Shown here: one piece after another, positions 45,957 through 55,183 of the stretch
How the letters are laid out: every line of letters begins with the position of its first letter
Position numbering within the stretch: position 1 is the stretch's first letter
Source of the DNA: Pseudomonadota bacterium
GTDB lineage: Bacteria > Pseudomonadota > Alphaproteobacteria > Caulobacterales > Caulobacteraceae
Reading direction: 5' to 3'
Assembly: GCA_049323595.1 (NCBI GenBank)
Contig: JBMOOD010000001.1
Span: 104,530 to 168,529 of the forward strand
DNA: 64,000 nucleotides
The notes under the pieces: generated by a model
The model's input: only the letters and a program-made list of their open reading frames with translations
What the model was told of the DNA's origin: nothing
The model's database searches: none
Program-made: the position numbers and the translations under genes

Positions 45957-47071
45957 ACCCTGAGCGGCATCAGGATGTACTGGACGTCCGCGTCGCCCGG
46001 ATCCAGCACCAGGGCCGGGTCGTTCGGGCCGCCGAAGCGCAGCTCCATGGTCTCGCCCGAGATCTGGTCGGTGATGTCCAGCAGGTAGCGGGCGTTGAAC
46101 GACAGCTCGAAGGCCTCGCCGTCGTAGTCGATCTCCAGCTCCTCGACGGCCTGGCCGGCCTCCATGTTGCGGACGGTCAGCACCACCTTGCCCGCCTCGA
46201 TGGCCATGCGCACCGAGCGGCTCTTCTCGGCCGAGATCGTGGCCACGCGGTCGACCGCCTGGGCGAACAGCTTGGCGTCGACCATCACGATCCGGGTGTT
46301 GTCCTTGGGGATGACCCGCGCGTAGTCGGGGAAGTTGCCGTCGATCACCTTCGAGGTGAGCGCCGCGCCGTTCATCTCCAGGCGCACCTTCTGCGGGCTG
46401 ATCTGCAGGTCCACCGTCTCGCCCGCGTCGTCCAGCAGGCGGCGCAGCTCGCCGATCGTCTTGCGCGGGACGATCACGCCCGGCGCGCCGGCGGCGCCTT
46501 CCGGCGCGGGCATGTCGGCAAGGGCCAGGCGCGATCCGTCCGTCGCCACCGCCCGCAGGCGCGGCGCGCCGTCGACGATCACCGTGTGGACGTAGAGGCC
46601 ATTCAGATAGTAGCGCGTCTCCTCCGCCGAGATGGCGAAGCGGGTCTTGTCGATCAGTCGGATGAGGTCGTTCACGTCCACGCTCATGGCGCCCGAGAAG
46701 CCCTCGGCCGACATCACCGGGAAGTCGCCGGCCGGCAGCACCGGCAGGTTGAAGCGCGAGCGGCCGGCCGCCACGGTCAGGCGCGGATCCTCGCCGGTGA
46801 AGCTGAGCGAGACGTCGGCGCCCTCGGGCAGCTTGCGGACGATCTCATAGAGGGTGTGGGCCGGCGCCGTGATCTGGCCGCCCTGGTCCACCTGGGCCAT
46901 GGCCTCGTCGACGATCTCCATGTCGAGGTCGGTGGCCGAGAAGGTCAGGCGGTCCCGGTCGGCCGACAGGAGCACGTTCGACAGGATCGGGATCGTGTTC
47001 CGGCGCTCCACCGCGCTCTGCACGTGCCCAAGCGCCTTCAGCAATGCGGCGCGTTCGATCGTCAGCTTCAT
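45953..47071 (-). CDS. dnaN: DNA polymerase III beta sliding clamp
   Basis: VERRNTIPILSN, ATDLD, ETRYYLNG, ATDG, LMPLRV. Confidence 0.97.
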   Translation of the reverse strand: MKLTIERAALLKALGHVQSAVERRNTIPILSNVLLSADRDRLTFSATDLDMEIVDEAMAQVDQGGQITAPAHTLYEIVRKLPEGADVSLSFTGEDPRLTVAAGRSRFNLPVLPAGDFPVMSAEGFSGAMSVDVNDLIRLIDKTRFAISAEETRYYLNGLYVHTVIVDGAPRLRAVATDGSRLALADMPAPEGAAGAPGVIVPRKTIGELRRLLDDAGETVDLQISPQKVRLEMNGAALTSKVIDGNFPDYARVIPKDNTRIVMVDAKLFAQAVDRVATISAEKSRSVRMAIEAGKVVLTVRNMEAGQAVEELEIDYDGEAFELSFNARYLLDITDQISGETMELRFGGPNDPALVLDPGDADVQYILMPLRV

Positions 47072-47241
47072 TCCAGGTCCCGGCTCGCCAATCGCACGCC
47101 CCCGATCCGCCCGATGCCGAATCAGCCGTGTCCACGTGCGCCCCGAAGGGAGGGGACCACGGACATTAGCGATTTCGTAAGCGTGTGAAAGCCCGCAGCG
47201 CCGCCGTTCGACGCCTTATCCACGGAGGACGCTACGGAACG

Positions 47242-47844
47242 TCAGGCGCGCGTGTCCACCGACCCGCCGGAACCCTCGGCCTCGCCCGACGCGTACGGGT
47301 TCGCGCCGCCGCCGTCGGGCTTCGGCGTGGACGCCGCCTTGGCCGCCACTACGACCATGGCCGGGCGCACCAGTCGGCCCAGGAGTTCGTAGCCCGGCTG
47401 CAGCACCTGGATGATCCCGCCCGGCTCCACGTCGGACGCCGGCTGCTCCATCATCGCCTGGTGCTTGTGGGGATCGAACTTCTCGCCCTTGGGCGGATCG
47501 ATCTTCTTCAGGCCGTTGCTGTCGAAGGCGGTCTGCAGCGCCTTGGACGTCATCTCGACGCCGACGACGAAGTTCTTCACGGCGTCCTCGCCCCCTTGCG
47601 GGGCGGCGGCCAGCGCGCGGTCGAAGTTGTCGGCCACGCCGAGCAGGTCGCGGGCGAACTTGGTGATGGCGTAGGCGCGCGCGTCGTTCGTCTCGCGCTC
47701 GGCCCGGCGCTTGGTGTTCTCGGCTTCGGCGGCGTAGCGGAGCACCTGCTCCTTCAGCGCCTGGATCTCCGCCAGCAGGGCGGGGGCGTCGACGTCGACG
47801 CCGTCCGTCGGCTCCTGGTCGGCGGAGGTGTTCTCTTCGGACAT
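47242..47844 (-). CDS. grpE: Nucleotide exchange factor GrpE
   Basis: AEAENTKRR, FDPHKHQA, GYELLGRLVRPAMV. Confidence 0.96.
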   Translation of the reverse strand: MSEENTSADQEPTDGVDVDAPALLAEIQALKEQVLRYAAEAENTKRRAERETNDARAYAITKFARDLLGVADNFDRALAAAPQGGEDAVKNFVVGVEMTSKALQTAFDSNGLKKIDPPKGEKFDPHKHQAMMEQPASDVEPGGIIQVLQPGYELLGRLVRPAMVVVAAKAASTPKPDGGGANPYASGEAEGSGGSVDTRA

Positions 47845-47860
47845 CTTCTCTTCGTGACCC

Positions 47861-48976
47861 TTAGACGTTCATCACCTGGCCAAGCACGCGGGCGGTGTAG
47901 TCCACCAACGGAATGACCCGGGCATAGTTCAGGCGGGCGGGACCGATGACGCCGATCGCGCCCACCACCTTCTGCGAGCCCGTCATATAGGGCGCCGCGA
48001 TCACAGCGGAACCCGAAAGGGAAAAGAGCCGCGTCTCCGCCCCGATGAAGATGCGCACGCCCTCGCCGTCGCGGACCCCGTCCAGGAGCTGGATCAGCTG
48101 CTCCTTCTGCTCCAGGTCCTCGAACAGCGAACGGACCCGTTCCAGGTCCTCCAGCGCCTCGCGGTCCTCCAGGAGGTTGGCGCGGCCGCGGACGATCAGC
48201 GCCCGGTCCTCGCCCTCGCCGCCGCCCCAGGCCGCCAGCCCATCCTCCACTAGGCGCGCGGCGCTGTCGTTGAGCTCGCGGCGCGCGCGGTCCAGCTCGG
48301 CGCGAAGGTCGGTCTTGGCCTCCGCCAGGGTGCGGCCGCGCATCCGGGCGTTCAGGAAGTTGGACGCCTCCTGCAGCGCCGACGGCGTGACGCCGACCGG
48401 CAGGCGGATCAGCCGGTTCTCCACCGTGCCGTCGTCGAAGACCATGATCGCCAGCGTCCGGTCGCCGGAAAGCGAGACGAACTCCACATGGGTGACGCCG
48501 GCGTCCCGCATCGGCGTGACGACCACTCCCGCGCCGCCGGCCAGGCCCGACAGGATCGACGAGGCCTCGTTCAGCGCGTCCTCGTAGTTGCGGCCGTGCG
48601 CCAGGAGGCGGGCCTCGATGGACCGGCGCTCCTCCTCGGCGACGTCGCCCACCTCCAGAAGGCCGTCGACGAACAGCCGCAGACCCGCATGCGTCGGCAG
48701 CCGCCCGGCGCTGACGTGCGGCGCGCCTAGCAGGCCCAGCTGCGTCAGGTCCTGCATGGTGTTGCGGATGGACGCCGGCGACAGCGAGACGCCGCCCTTC
48801 GACAGGGTGCGCGAGCCCACCGGCTCCCCGGTCTCCAGATAGCTTTCCACGATGCGGCGGAAGATGTCGCGGGCGCGTGCGTCCATGTCGGCGAGCGAGG
48901 GCCCGCGGGCGAACATCGATGGTGTCACGGCGTGCGGGGGTCTTTCCTCTGCGGCCATGGACTGGACCTTCTGCAT
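47861..48976 (-). CDS. hrcA: Heat-inducible transcription repressor HrcA (start may lie further downstream)
   Basis: [38 protein letters not shown]. Confidence 0.95.
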   Translation of the reverse strand: MQKVQSMAAEERPPHAVTPSMFARGPSLADMDARARDIFRRIVESYLETGEPVGSRTLSKGGVSLSPASIRNTMQDLTQLGLLGAPHVSAGRLPTHAGLRLFVDGLLEVGDVAEEERRSIEARLLAHGRNYEDALNEASSILSGLAGGAGVVVTPMRDAGVTHVEFVSLSGDRTLAIMVFDDGTVENRLIRLPVGVTPSALQEASNFLNARMRGRTLAEAKTDLRAELDRARRELNDSAARLVEDGLAAWGGGEGEDRALIVRGRANLLEDREALEDLERVRSLFEDLEQKEQLIQLLDGVRDGEGVRIFIGAETRLFSLSGSAVIAAPYMTGSQKVVGAIGVIGPARLNYARVIPLVDYTARVLGQVMNV

Positions 48977-48980
48977 CTAG

Positions 48981-49007
48981 GATAAGCGCGGGCTTTCCCG
49001 GCGCAAG
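48981..49007 (-). promoter_or_regulatory. RpoH-type promoter for hrcA-grpE
   Basis: Minus strand CTTG-N17-CTTATC, matching the alphaproteobacterial sigma32 consensus. Confidence 0.6.
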
Positions 49008-49031
49008 CCGCCGCCACGTGAGTTCCCGCCC

Positions 49032-49748
49032 ATGCGACCATCCGACCGCGCGCCCGACCTGCTGCGACCCGTGACGCTGGAGACCGGCGTCACCCGCTAC
49101 GCCGAGGGATCCTGCCTGGCGACCTTTGGCCACACCAAGGTGCTGGTGACCGCCAGCCTGGAGGAAGGCGTGCCCGGGTTCCTGCGCGGCAAGGGCCAGG
49201 GCTGGGTCACCGCCGAGTACGGCATGCTGCCCAGAGCCACCCACACCCGCGGCCGGCGCGAGGCCGCCGCCGGCAAGCAGAGCGGCCGCACCCAGGAGAT
49301 CCAGCGCCTGATCGGCCGCTCCATGCGCGCCATCGTCGACCTGAAGGCCCTGGGCGAGCGCCAGATCACCATCGACTGCGACGTGCTGCAGGCCGACGGC
49401 GGCACGCGCACGGCCTCGATCACCGGCGCCTGGGTCGCCCTGCGCCTCGCCACGAAGTACCTGCTGGACGAGGGCGTGATCGCTCAGGACCCGATCCTCG
49501 ACCAGGTGGCGGCGATCAGCTGCGGCATCTTCGCCGGCACGCCGGTGCTGGACCTCGACTACGAGGAGGATTCCAACGCCGAGGCCGACGCCAACTTCGT
49601 GCTCACCGGGACCGGCGACATCGTCGAGGTCCAGGCCACCGGCGAGAAGCGCGGCTTCTCCCAGGCCGAGTTCGACGCCCTGTTCAGCCTCGCCCGCAAG
49701 GGTATCGGCGAGCTCTGCGCCATGCAGCGGACGGCGGCGGGGGGCTGA
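49032..49748 (+). CDS. rph: Ribonuclease PH
   Basis: [37 protein letters not shown]. Confidence 0.97.
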   Translation: MRPSDRAPDLLRPVTLETGVTRYAEGSCLATFGHTKVLVTASLEEGVPGFLRGKGQGWVTAEYGMLPRATHTRGRREAAAGKQSGRTQEIQRLIGRSMRAIVDLKALGERQITIDCDVLQADGGTRTASITGAWVALRLATKYLLDEGVIAQDPILDQVAAISCGIFAGTPVLDLDYEEDSNAEADANFVLTGTGDIVEVQATGEKRGFSQAEFDALFSLARKGIGELCAMQRTAAGG

Positions 49749-49775
49749 GAGACGCGAGCGTCCCCGCAACAGCCT

Positions 49776-49867
49776 CGTCATCCCGGCCGGAGCGCAGCGG
49801 AGAGCCGGGACCCAGAGTCCGCTGCTCCTGGGTCCCGGATCGGCCTTTCAGGCCGTCCGGGATGACG
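49776..49867. repeat. CGTC-type REP-like palindrome doublet
   Basis: cgtcatcccggcc...gccgggaccc / gggtcccggatcggcctttcaggccgtccgggatgacg. Confidence 0.85.
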
Positions 49868-49894
49868 GGGCTGGTGGGCGCGGCCCGGCCAGCG

Positions 49895-50791
49895 TCACAC
49901 CTCCTTCAGCACCTCGGCCAGCATCCGCCCCTCGGCGCGGCGGTTCGAGCCGGCGCGCCAGGCGACGACGATCTCGCGCGACGGGTGATCGGCGTCGATT
50001 GGGCGGACCTCCACGTGCGCGCTTCGCGCCAGACCGGCGTTCACCGCCATCTGGGGCAGGAAGCTCACCCCCAGGCCCGAGCTCACCATCTGCACCAGGG
50101 TCGGCAGGGAGGTGGCGGCGAACGGCTCCTCGCCGGAGGCCATCCGCGGCGGGTTCAGCCGGCAGGTGGCCAGGGCGTGCTCGCGCAGGCAGTGGCCGTC
50201 CTCGAGCAGGATCATGTTCTCCCGCTCCAGCGCCTCGGGGGAGGCGGACTTGAACCGCGCCAGCGGGTGATCGGCGGGCAGGGCGGCCATCAGCTCGTCG
50301 TCGGCCACATGTGCCCACTCCAGCCCGCCCACGTCGAACGGCAGCGCGATGAGGGCCGCATCCAGCCGGCCCGCCTTCAGTTCGGCGATCAGCCGGTGCG
50401 TCAGGTCCTCCCGCAGGAACAGGCGCAGCTTCGGAAAGCGCTGTTTCAGCAGCGGCAGGGCGCCCGGCAGCAGGAACGGGGCGATGGTCGGGATCACGCC
50501 CAGGCGAAAGCGACCGGTCAGCGGCTGGCCTACGTTCTTGGCCGCCTCGACCAGCTCCTCGGCCTCGTTGAGGATCACGGTGGCGCGGCGCAGGGCCTCC
50601 TCGCCTATGGGGGTCAGGATGACGCCGGTGCGCGCCCGGTCCACCACCGGCCCGCCGAGCGTCCGCTCCAGTTCCTGGATCCCGGCCGAGAGCGTGGGCT
50701 GGGTGACGTGCGCCGCCTCCGCCGCCTTGCCGAAGGCGCCGTGCTCGGCCAGCAGCTTCAGGTACTGCAGCTGTCGGATGGTGGGCAGCAT
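49895..50791 (-). CDS. oxyR: OxyR-type LysR regulator
   Basis: LLEDGHCLREHALATC (CxxxxxxxxC redox pair), ATSLPTL, GVIPTIAPFLLP. Confidence 0.9.
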   Translation of the reverse strand: MLPTIRQLQYLKLLAEHGAFGKAAEAAHVTQPTLSAGIQELERTLGGPVVDRARTGVILTPIGEEALRRATVILNEAEELVEAAKNVGQPLTGRFRLGVIPTIAPFLLPGALPLLKQRFPKLRLFLREDLTHRLIAELKAGRLDAALIALPFDVGGLEWAHVADDELMAALPADHPLARFKSASPEALERENMILLEDGHCLREHALATCRLNPPRMASGEEPFAATSLPTLVQMVSSGLGVSFLPQMAVNAGLARSAHVEVRPIDADHPSREIVVAWRAGSNRRAEGRMLAEVLKEV

Positions 50792-50828
50792 GCGCCGGAC
50801 TCCACGCCCCCCGCGGGCCGGCCTCTAT

Positions 50829-50865
50829 ATAGGCCCTGTCTATGAAATTTTCAAAAGCAATCGAT
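50829..50865. promoter_or_regulatory. OxyR binding box
   Basis: ATAG-N7-CTAT-N7-TCAA-N7-CGAT versus consensus ATAG-N7-CTAT-N7-ATAG-N7-CTAT. Confidence 0.75.
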
Positions 50866-50893
50866 TGGTCTTTTGAAGTCCGGACGCCTATCT

Positions 50894-51020
50894 CCCCGGC
50901 AAGGCTCGGCGTCCCTCCGGCGCCGCAGTCCCACTGACGGCTGCGTCCGCACACACGCAGCCTCGGTCCTGGCCGGGGGCGCTCCCATCTCTCCCCCCAA
51001 GGGGGCGCCTCCGGCCTTCT
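50894..51020 (+). ncRNA. Candidate OxyR-regulated structured sRNA
   Basis: Four hairpins with C-rich loops, no credible ORF, directly downstream of the OxyR box. Confidence 0.4.
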
Positions 51021-51040
51021 CATCGCGACACACAGCACGC

Positions 51041-51150
51041 CGTCATCCCGGCCGAAGAGCCGGGACCCTGGGGCAATCAAGCGCGCCCTGCATTCTGAAC
51101 CGAGGAGCGCCGGGTTCCTGGATCGGCCTTGCAGGCCGTCCGGGATGACG
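51041..51150. repeat. CGTC-type REP-like palindrome doublet
   Basis: cgtcatcccggccgaagagccgggaccc...ggatcggccttgcaggccgtccgggatgacg. Confidence 0.85.
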
Positions 51151-51175
51151 GCCCGGGGGTTGGGACTTCGCGACC

Positions 51176-52627
51176 CTACTCCAGCGACGCGGCCAGCCGC
51201 GCCACGCCGGCGTCCATGCTTCGCGCCGGGAAGCCGGTGAACCCCAGGAGGAGCCCCTGCCGCGGCGCGGCGTCGTGGTAGAGCGGACTGATCGCCCGGG
51301 CGAGCAAGCCTCGGGCCGCCGCCGCCGCTTCCACGGCCAGGTCCGAGCGGCCGTCCTTCAGGTAGGCGATCAGGTGCATGCCCTGGTCCGGGACGTCGGG
51401 CTCCAGTACGTCGCCCAGGCGCCGCGCCAGGGCCTCGGCGAGGGCGTCGCGCTGGGCCTTGTAGGCGATGCGGCGGCGACGGATGTGCGCGGCGAACTGG
51501 CCGCTTTCCATGAAATCCACCGCGATGGCCTGGGTCAGGCTCGGCGGCTGCCGGTCCGCCAGGCGGCGAAGGGTCGCGAAGGCCTCGGCCAGCGGCCGCG
51601 GCGCCACCAGGTAGCCGAGGCGCAAGCCCGGGAAGAGCGCCTTGTTGAGGGTGCCCACGTAGATCACCCGCTCGCCCCCATCCAGGCCCTGCAGCGACGG
51701 CAGGGGCGCGCCGGCGTAGCGGAACTCCGAGGCGTAGTCGTCCTCCAGGATCCAGGCGCCCGCCGCCCGCGCCCAGGCGATCAGCTCCAGCCGCCGGCCC
51801 ATCGAGAGCGCGACGCCCAGCGGGAACTGGTGCGACGGGGTGACGAAGGCCGCCCGCGCGTTCGGCGCCCGGTCGATCCCGGCCTGGACCACCAGGCCCG
51901 CCCGGTCCACGGGGACCGCGCACAGCCTCGCCCCCGCCGCCGTCAGCGCATGCCAGGTGGAGGCGTAGCCAGGGTCCTCCAGCCACACTTCGTCGCCGGG
52001 CTTCAGCAACAGGCGTACGGCCAGGTCCACCGCATGCTGGGCGCCGGTGGTGACGATCACCTGCTCGGGTTCGCAGACCACCCCGCGGGCGGCGCGCAGG
52101 TAGTCGGCCACGGCCGCGCGCAGCCGGGGATCGCCCGCGGCGTCCGAATAGCCGAAGTGCGCCGGGCCAAGATGGCGCAGCGCGCGGCGGGTCGAGGCCG
52201 ACCAGGCGTCCAGGGCGCGCGCATCCATCAGGGTGCGGCCGTTGGAAAAGGCCTGCGGCTCGGTCGAGATCGGCGGGGCCGGGAAGCCGGCCAGCTCGCG
52301 GGCGCGCGGCGGGAGGGCTGGCGGATCCAGCACCGGCGTCGGCGCCGGCGCGGCGACATCCAGCACCCCGGACAGGTCCTGCGAGACATAGGTGCCCGAG
52401 CCGGTCCGCCCCTCGGCGTAGCCTTCGGCCAGGAGCTGGTCGTAGGCGGCCACCACCGAGGCGCGCGCCACCCCGAGCATCCTCGCCAGGTCACGGCTCG
52501 ACGGCAGCCGTCCGCCCGGCTTGAGCGCGCCGGCGTGGATCGCGGCGCGGACCTGGTCGTAGACCTGCCGGATGACCGGACGCCCCGGCTCGGGGGCGGA
52601 CCAGGGATAGACGTCGGCCCAGCTCAT
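51176..52627 (-). CDS. MocR/GabR family regulator (GntR wHTH plus PLP aminotransferase domain)
   Basis: GRLPSSRDLA, EDPGY, TPSHQFP, EDDYASEF, GTLNKALFPGLRLGY. Confidence 0.93.
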   Translation of the reverse strand: MSWADVYPWSAPEPGRPVIRQVYDQVRAAIHAGALKPGGRLPSSRDLARMLGVARASVVAAYDQLLAEGYAEGRTGSGTYVSQDLSGVLDVAAPAPTPVLDPPALPPRARELAGFPAPPISTEPQAFSNGRTLMDARALDAWSASTRRALRHLGPAHFGYSDAAGDPRLRAAVADYLRAARGVVCEPEQVIVTTGAQHAVDLAVRLLLKPGDEVWLEDPGYASTWHALTAAGARLCAVPVDRAGLVVQAGIDRAPNARAAFVTPSHQFPLGVALSMGRRLELIAWARAAGAWILEDDYASEFRYAGAPLPSLQGLDGGERVIYVGTLNKALFPGLRLGYLVAPRPLAEAFATLRRLADRQPPSLTQAIAVDFMESGQFAAHIRRRRIAYKAQRDALAEALARRLGDVLEPDVPDQGMHLIAYLKDGRSDLAVEAAAAARGLLARAISPLYHDAAPRQGLLLGFTGFPARSMDAGVARLAASLE

Positions 52628-52637
52628 GGCGCCTCGA

Positions 52638-52682
52638 GTGGTCTGCTTCAGCGCACATGAATGGACCTGTCTGGCAGACCAC
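52638..52682. promoter_or_regulatory. Putative MocR operator (direct plus inverted TGGWCY motifs)
   Basis: GTGGTCTGC (52638-46), TGGACC (52662-67), GCAGACCAC (52674-82). Confidence 0.6.
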
Positions 52683-52719
52683 GCAAGGCGTAGCTGGCGG
52701 CTTCGAAAGGAGCTTCGCC

Positions 52720-52908
52720 GTGACCTCCAGATCCACCCCCTCCCCGCTCAGCCAGTGGGCGGTCACGACGCTCGCCTACGCCGTGGCCGTCGCCCTGACG
52801 GCGCTCTGCCTCGCGCCCACCATCCTGGCGCCCCTGCCGTTGTCCGTGCTCGCGCCTGAGCCGCAGGCGGTGGTGGCCCGGACGCCCCTTGCGGAGACCG
52901 CCCCATGA
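52720..52908 (+). CDS. Small single-TM protein (62 aa)
   Basis: AAAGGAG SD before GTG at 52720; hydrophobic stretch; ATGA overlap with the next gene. Confidence 0.5.
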   Translation: MTSRSTPSPLSQWAVTTLAYAVAVALTALCLAPTILAPLPLSVLAPEPQAVVARTPLAETAP

Positions 52909-53630
52909 GCCCGCCCGCCGACGGCGCCGCCGCCTTCACGCCGACGCCGCGCTCGAAGGTGCGCCGGCGGCCACAGCGCGCGGCCTACGACGAGGCCGCC
53001 GTCTATGCGATCCTCGACGCGGGCGTGATGGCGCATGTGGGCTACCAGATCGACGGCCAGCCGTTCGTCACGCCGACAGCGTACTGGCGCGAGGGACGCA
53101 AGCTCTACTGGCACGGCGCCGCCGCCAGCCGGATGCTCGAGACCGTGGGCCAGGGCGTCCCGGTCTGCGTGACGGTCAGCTTCCTCGACGGCTTCGTGGT
53201 CGGCCGCTCCGGCTTCATCCACTCGCTGAACTACCGCTCGGTGATGGCCTTTGGACGGGCCCGCCGCATCACCGACCTGGACGAGGTCCGCACGGCGCTC
53301 GACGCCTTCATCGACCGCCTCTACGCCGGCCGCTCGGTCAAGCTGCGCCCGGCCACCGAGGCCGAGCTGAAGCAGGTGGCCCTGGTCGAGATGGAGATCG
53401 AGGAGGCGTCCGCGAAGGTGCGCGACACCGGGGTCGCCGACCTGCCGGCCGATCACGGCTGGGCGGCCTGGTGCGGCGTCTTCCCCGTGCAGACCCGCAT
53501 CGGCGCGGCCCTGCCGCAGCCCGGCATGGGCGGCGGCCCGCCGACCGCCGACCTCGCCCCCTACCGCGAAGGCGCCCGCCTGGACGAGGCCCTGACAGCC
53601 GCGGCCCGCGCATCGATCGCCGCCCCGTAG
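52905..53630 (+). CDS. Pyridoxamine 5'-phosphate oxidase-like (NimA family) flavin-binding protein
   Basis: RAAYD...ILD, PFVTPTAY, YWHG, SLNYRSVMAFG. Confidence 0.88.
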   Translation: MSPPADGAAAFTPTPRSKVRRRPQRAAYDEAAVYAILDAGVMAHVGYQIDGQPFVTPTAYWREGRKLYWHGAAASRMLETVGQGVPVCVTVSFLDGFVVGRSGFIHSLNYRSVMAFGRARRITDLDEVRTALDAFIDRLYAGRSVKLRPATEAELKQVALVEMEIEEASAKVRDTGVADLPADHGWAAWCGVFPVQTRIGAALPQPGMGGGPPTADLAPYREGARLDEALTAAARASIAAP

Positions 53631-53636
53631 CCGCCC

Positions 53637-53734
53637 AGCGCCCCCTCCACCCCTTCGGGGGAGGAACTCGGCGCGCTTGGTTCCTCCCCCGCGCCAGCGG
53701 GGGAGGGGGACCCCGAAGGGGTGGAGGGAGCGCT
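53637..53734. repeat. C/G-run palindromic intergenic repeat
   Basis: 24-bp outer inverted repeats (23/24) at 53637-53660 and 53711-53734 enclosing a ttcctccccc/gggggagg hairpin. Confidence 0.8.
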
Positions 53735-53741
53735 GCCACAC

Positions 53742-54275
53742 CTAGGGCGTCGGCTTGCCGGTCTCCACGTAGCGCTTCAGCCGCTCCCACTGGACGTTCA
53801 GCACCATGTCCACGCCCTCGGCGCCCTTGGTGACGAAGTCGCGCGCGCCGCCGACGTTGTAGGTGATGGTCACCTCGGTCCCGCCGTCCTTGGGCTTGAG
53901 GTGGAAGAACAGGGCGCCCGTCACGCCCTCGTCCTGCAGCGGGCCCAGGGCGGCGCTGACACGCAGCATGCCCTGCTCGGGCCAGGCGAGTTCAACGACG
54001 CCATGGCGCACGCTGCCCCCGCCCGGGATGGTCTCGCACCAGCAGGCGTCCGCCTGCAGCGCCATGCTCATGTTGGCGGCCTTGCCGGAATAGGTGTGGT
54101 CGTCGTCCCACCAGCGGCCGACCTCGCCCAGCGCCGCATAGACCTTGGCCGGCGGGGCCTCGATCTGCTGGACCGTCTTCATCCGCACCCAGCCGTCGCC
54201 CCGCTCCACGACGGCGGCGTTGGCGGCGCCGGAAACGCTCAGTGCGGCGATGGCCGCCAGAACCGCGATCCGCAT
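53742..54275 (-). CDS. Secreted SRPBCC/START-like protein
   Basis: Signal peptide; APPAKVYAALGEVGRWW; terminal helix QWERLKRYVE. Confidence 0.8.
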   Translation of the reverse strand: MRIAVLAAIAALSVSGAANAAVVERGDGWVRMKTVQQIEAPPAKVYAALGEVGRWWDDDHTYSGKAANMSMALQADACWCETIPGGGSVRHGVVELAWPEQGMLRVSAALGPLQDEGVTGALFFHLKPKDGGTEVTITYNVGGARDFVTKGAEGVDMVLNVQWERLKRYVETGKPTP

Positions 54276-54288
54276 GGGATCCTCCCCC

Positions 54289-55140
54289 TCAAGCCTTCTC
54301 GAAGCTAAGCGGGCCGCCCCAGAAAGTCTCTACCAGGCTATTCTGCGCACCGGGCTCGCCCGTCGTGAGGAAGCGGCGGACGGCGCCGGTCCCGGCATCG
54401 AACTCCGGATGGCGCTCCAGGTAGCGGGCGAGGGCGTCGGCGGTGGCCTCGGGCTGGCGGATCAGCGGCGTGCCCGGCGGCAGGGCCGCCTGGAACAGGT
54501 CGGCCACGATCTCGTAGTGCGTGCAGCCCAGGATCGCCCGGTCCGGCGCGCGGCCGATGCGGGTGGTCAGCGCCTTCACGTGGTTCTGGACCACCTGGGC
54601 CAGCTCCTCGCGGGGCGCGTTCTGTTCGATCATCCGCGCCAGTTCCGGGCACGGCTCGGAGAAGACGGCGACGTCCTGGCGGCGCTTGTCGATCTCGATC
54701 TCGTAGACCCGGCTGTTCGTCGTGGCGGGCGTGGAGAAGACTCCCAGGATGTCCAGCTTCTCCACCTTGTCGCCGCGCCGCTCGGCCTCGTGCTCCCAGG
54801 GCAGCCCCGTCGCCGCCTCGATGGTCGGCACCACGATGCCCAGGACGTTCAGCGCCCGCCCCTGCTCGCGCCGGTAGGCCGGCAGCCAGGTCTGCTGCAG
54901 CCGCCGCAGCGCCACGCTGGCCGCGGTGTTGCAGGCCAGCACGACGAGGTCGCAGCCTTCCTCGAACAGCCGCACGCACCCGGCCCTGGTCAGCTCGACG
55001 ATCTCCTCGCCGGGCCGGCCGCCATAGGGGGCGTTGGCCTGGTCGGCCAGGTAGATGAAGTCCGCCTTGGGGAACCGGTCCACCAGCCGGTGGTGGACGG
55101 TAAGGCCCCCCACCCCGGAATCGAACACGCCGATGCTCAT
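54289..55140 (-). CDS. murI: Glutamate racemase
   Basis: GVFDSGVGGLT, LACNTA, LGCTHY. Confidence 0.95.
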   Translation of the reverse strand: MSIGVFDSGVGGLTVHHRLVDRFPKADFIYLADQANAPYGGRPGEEIVELTRAGCVRLFEEGCDLVVLACNTAASVALRRLQQTWLPAYRREQGRALNVLGIVVPTIEAATGLPWEHEAERRGDKVEKLDILGVFSTPATTNSRVYEIEIDKRRQDVAVFSEPCPELARMIEQNAPREELAQVVQNHVKALTTRIGRAPDRAILGCTHYEIVADLFQAALPPGTPLIRQPEATADALARYLERHPEFDAGTGAVRRFLTTGEPGAQNSLVETFWGGPLSFEKA

Positions 55141-55183
55141 GTACGGGTGTTAGCGAGGGTCGCGAGGGCTGTCGACGGGCGCC

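Noticed and set aside
45953-47071. dnaN not linked to dnaA/recF/gyrB as a sign of a plasmid or second copy
   Set aside because: dnaN beside grpE-hrcA and unlinked from dnaA is the usual Caulobacterales arrangement; codon usage is host-like.
48977-49031. CIRCE operator near hrcA/grpE
   Set aside because: No TTAGCACTC-N9-GAGTGCTAA seen; only an RpoH-like promoter.
50894-51020. 6S RNA or SRP RNA identity for the structured region by oxyR
   Set aside because: No long rod with a central bubble, no zapA/ygfA context, and no SRP CAGG-CCGGAAGG-AGCAGC core on either strand.
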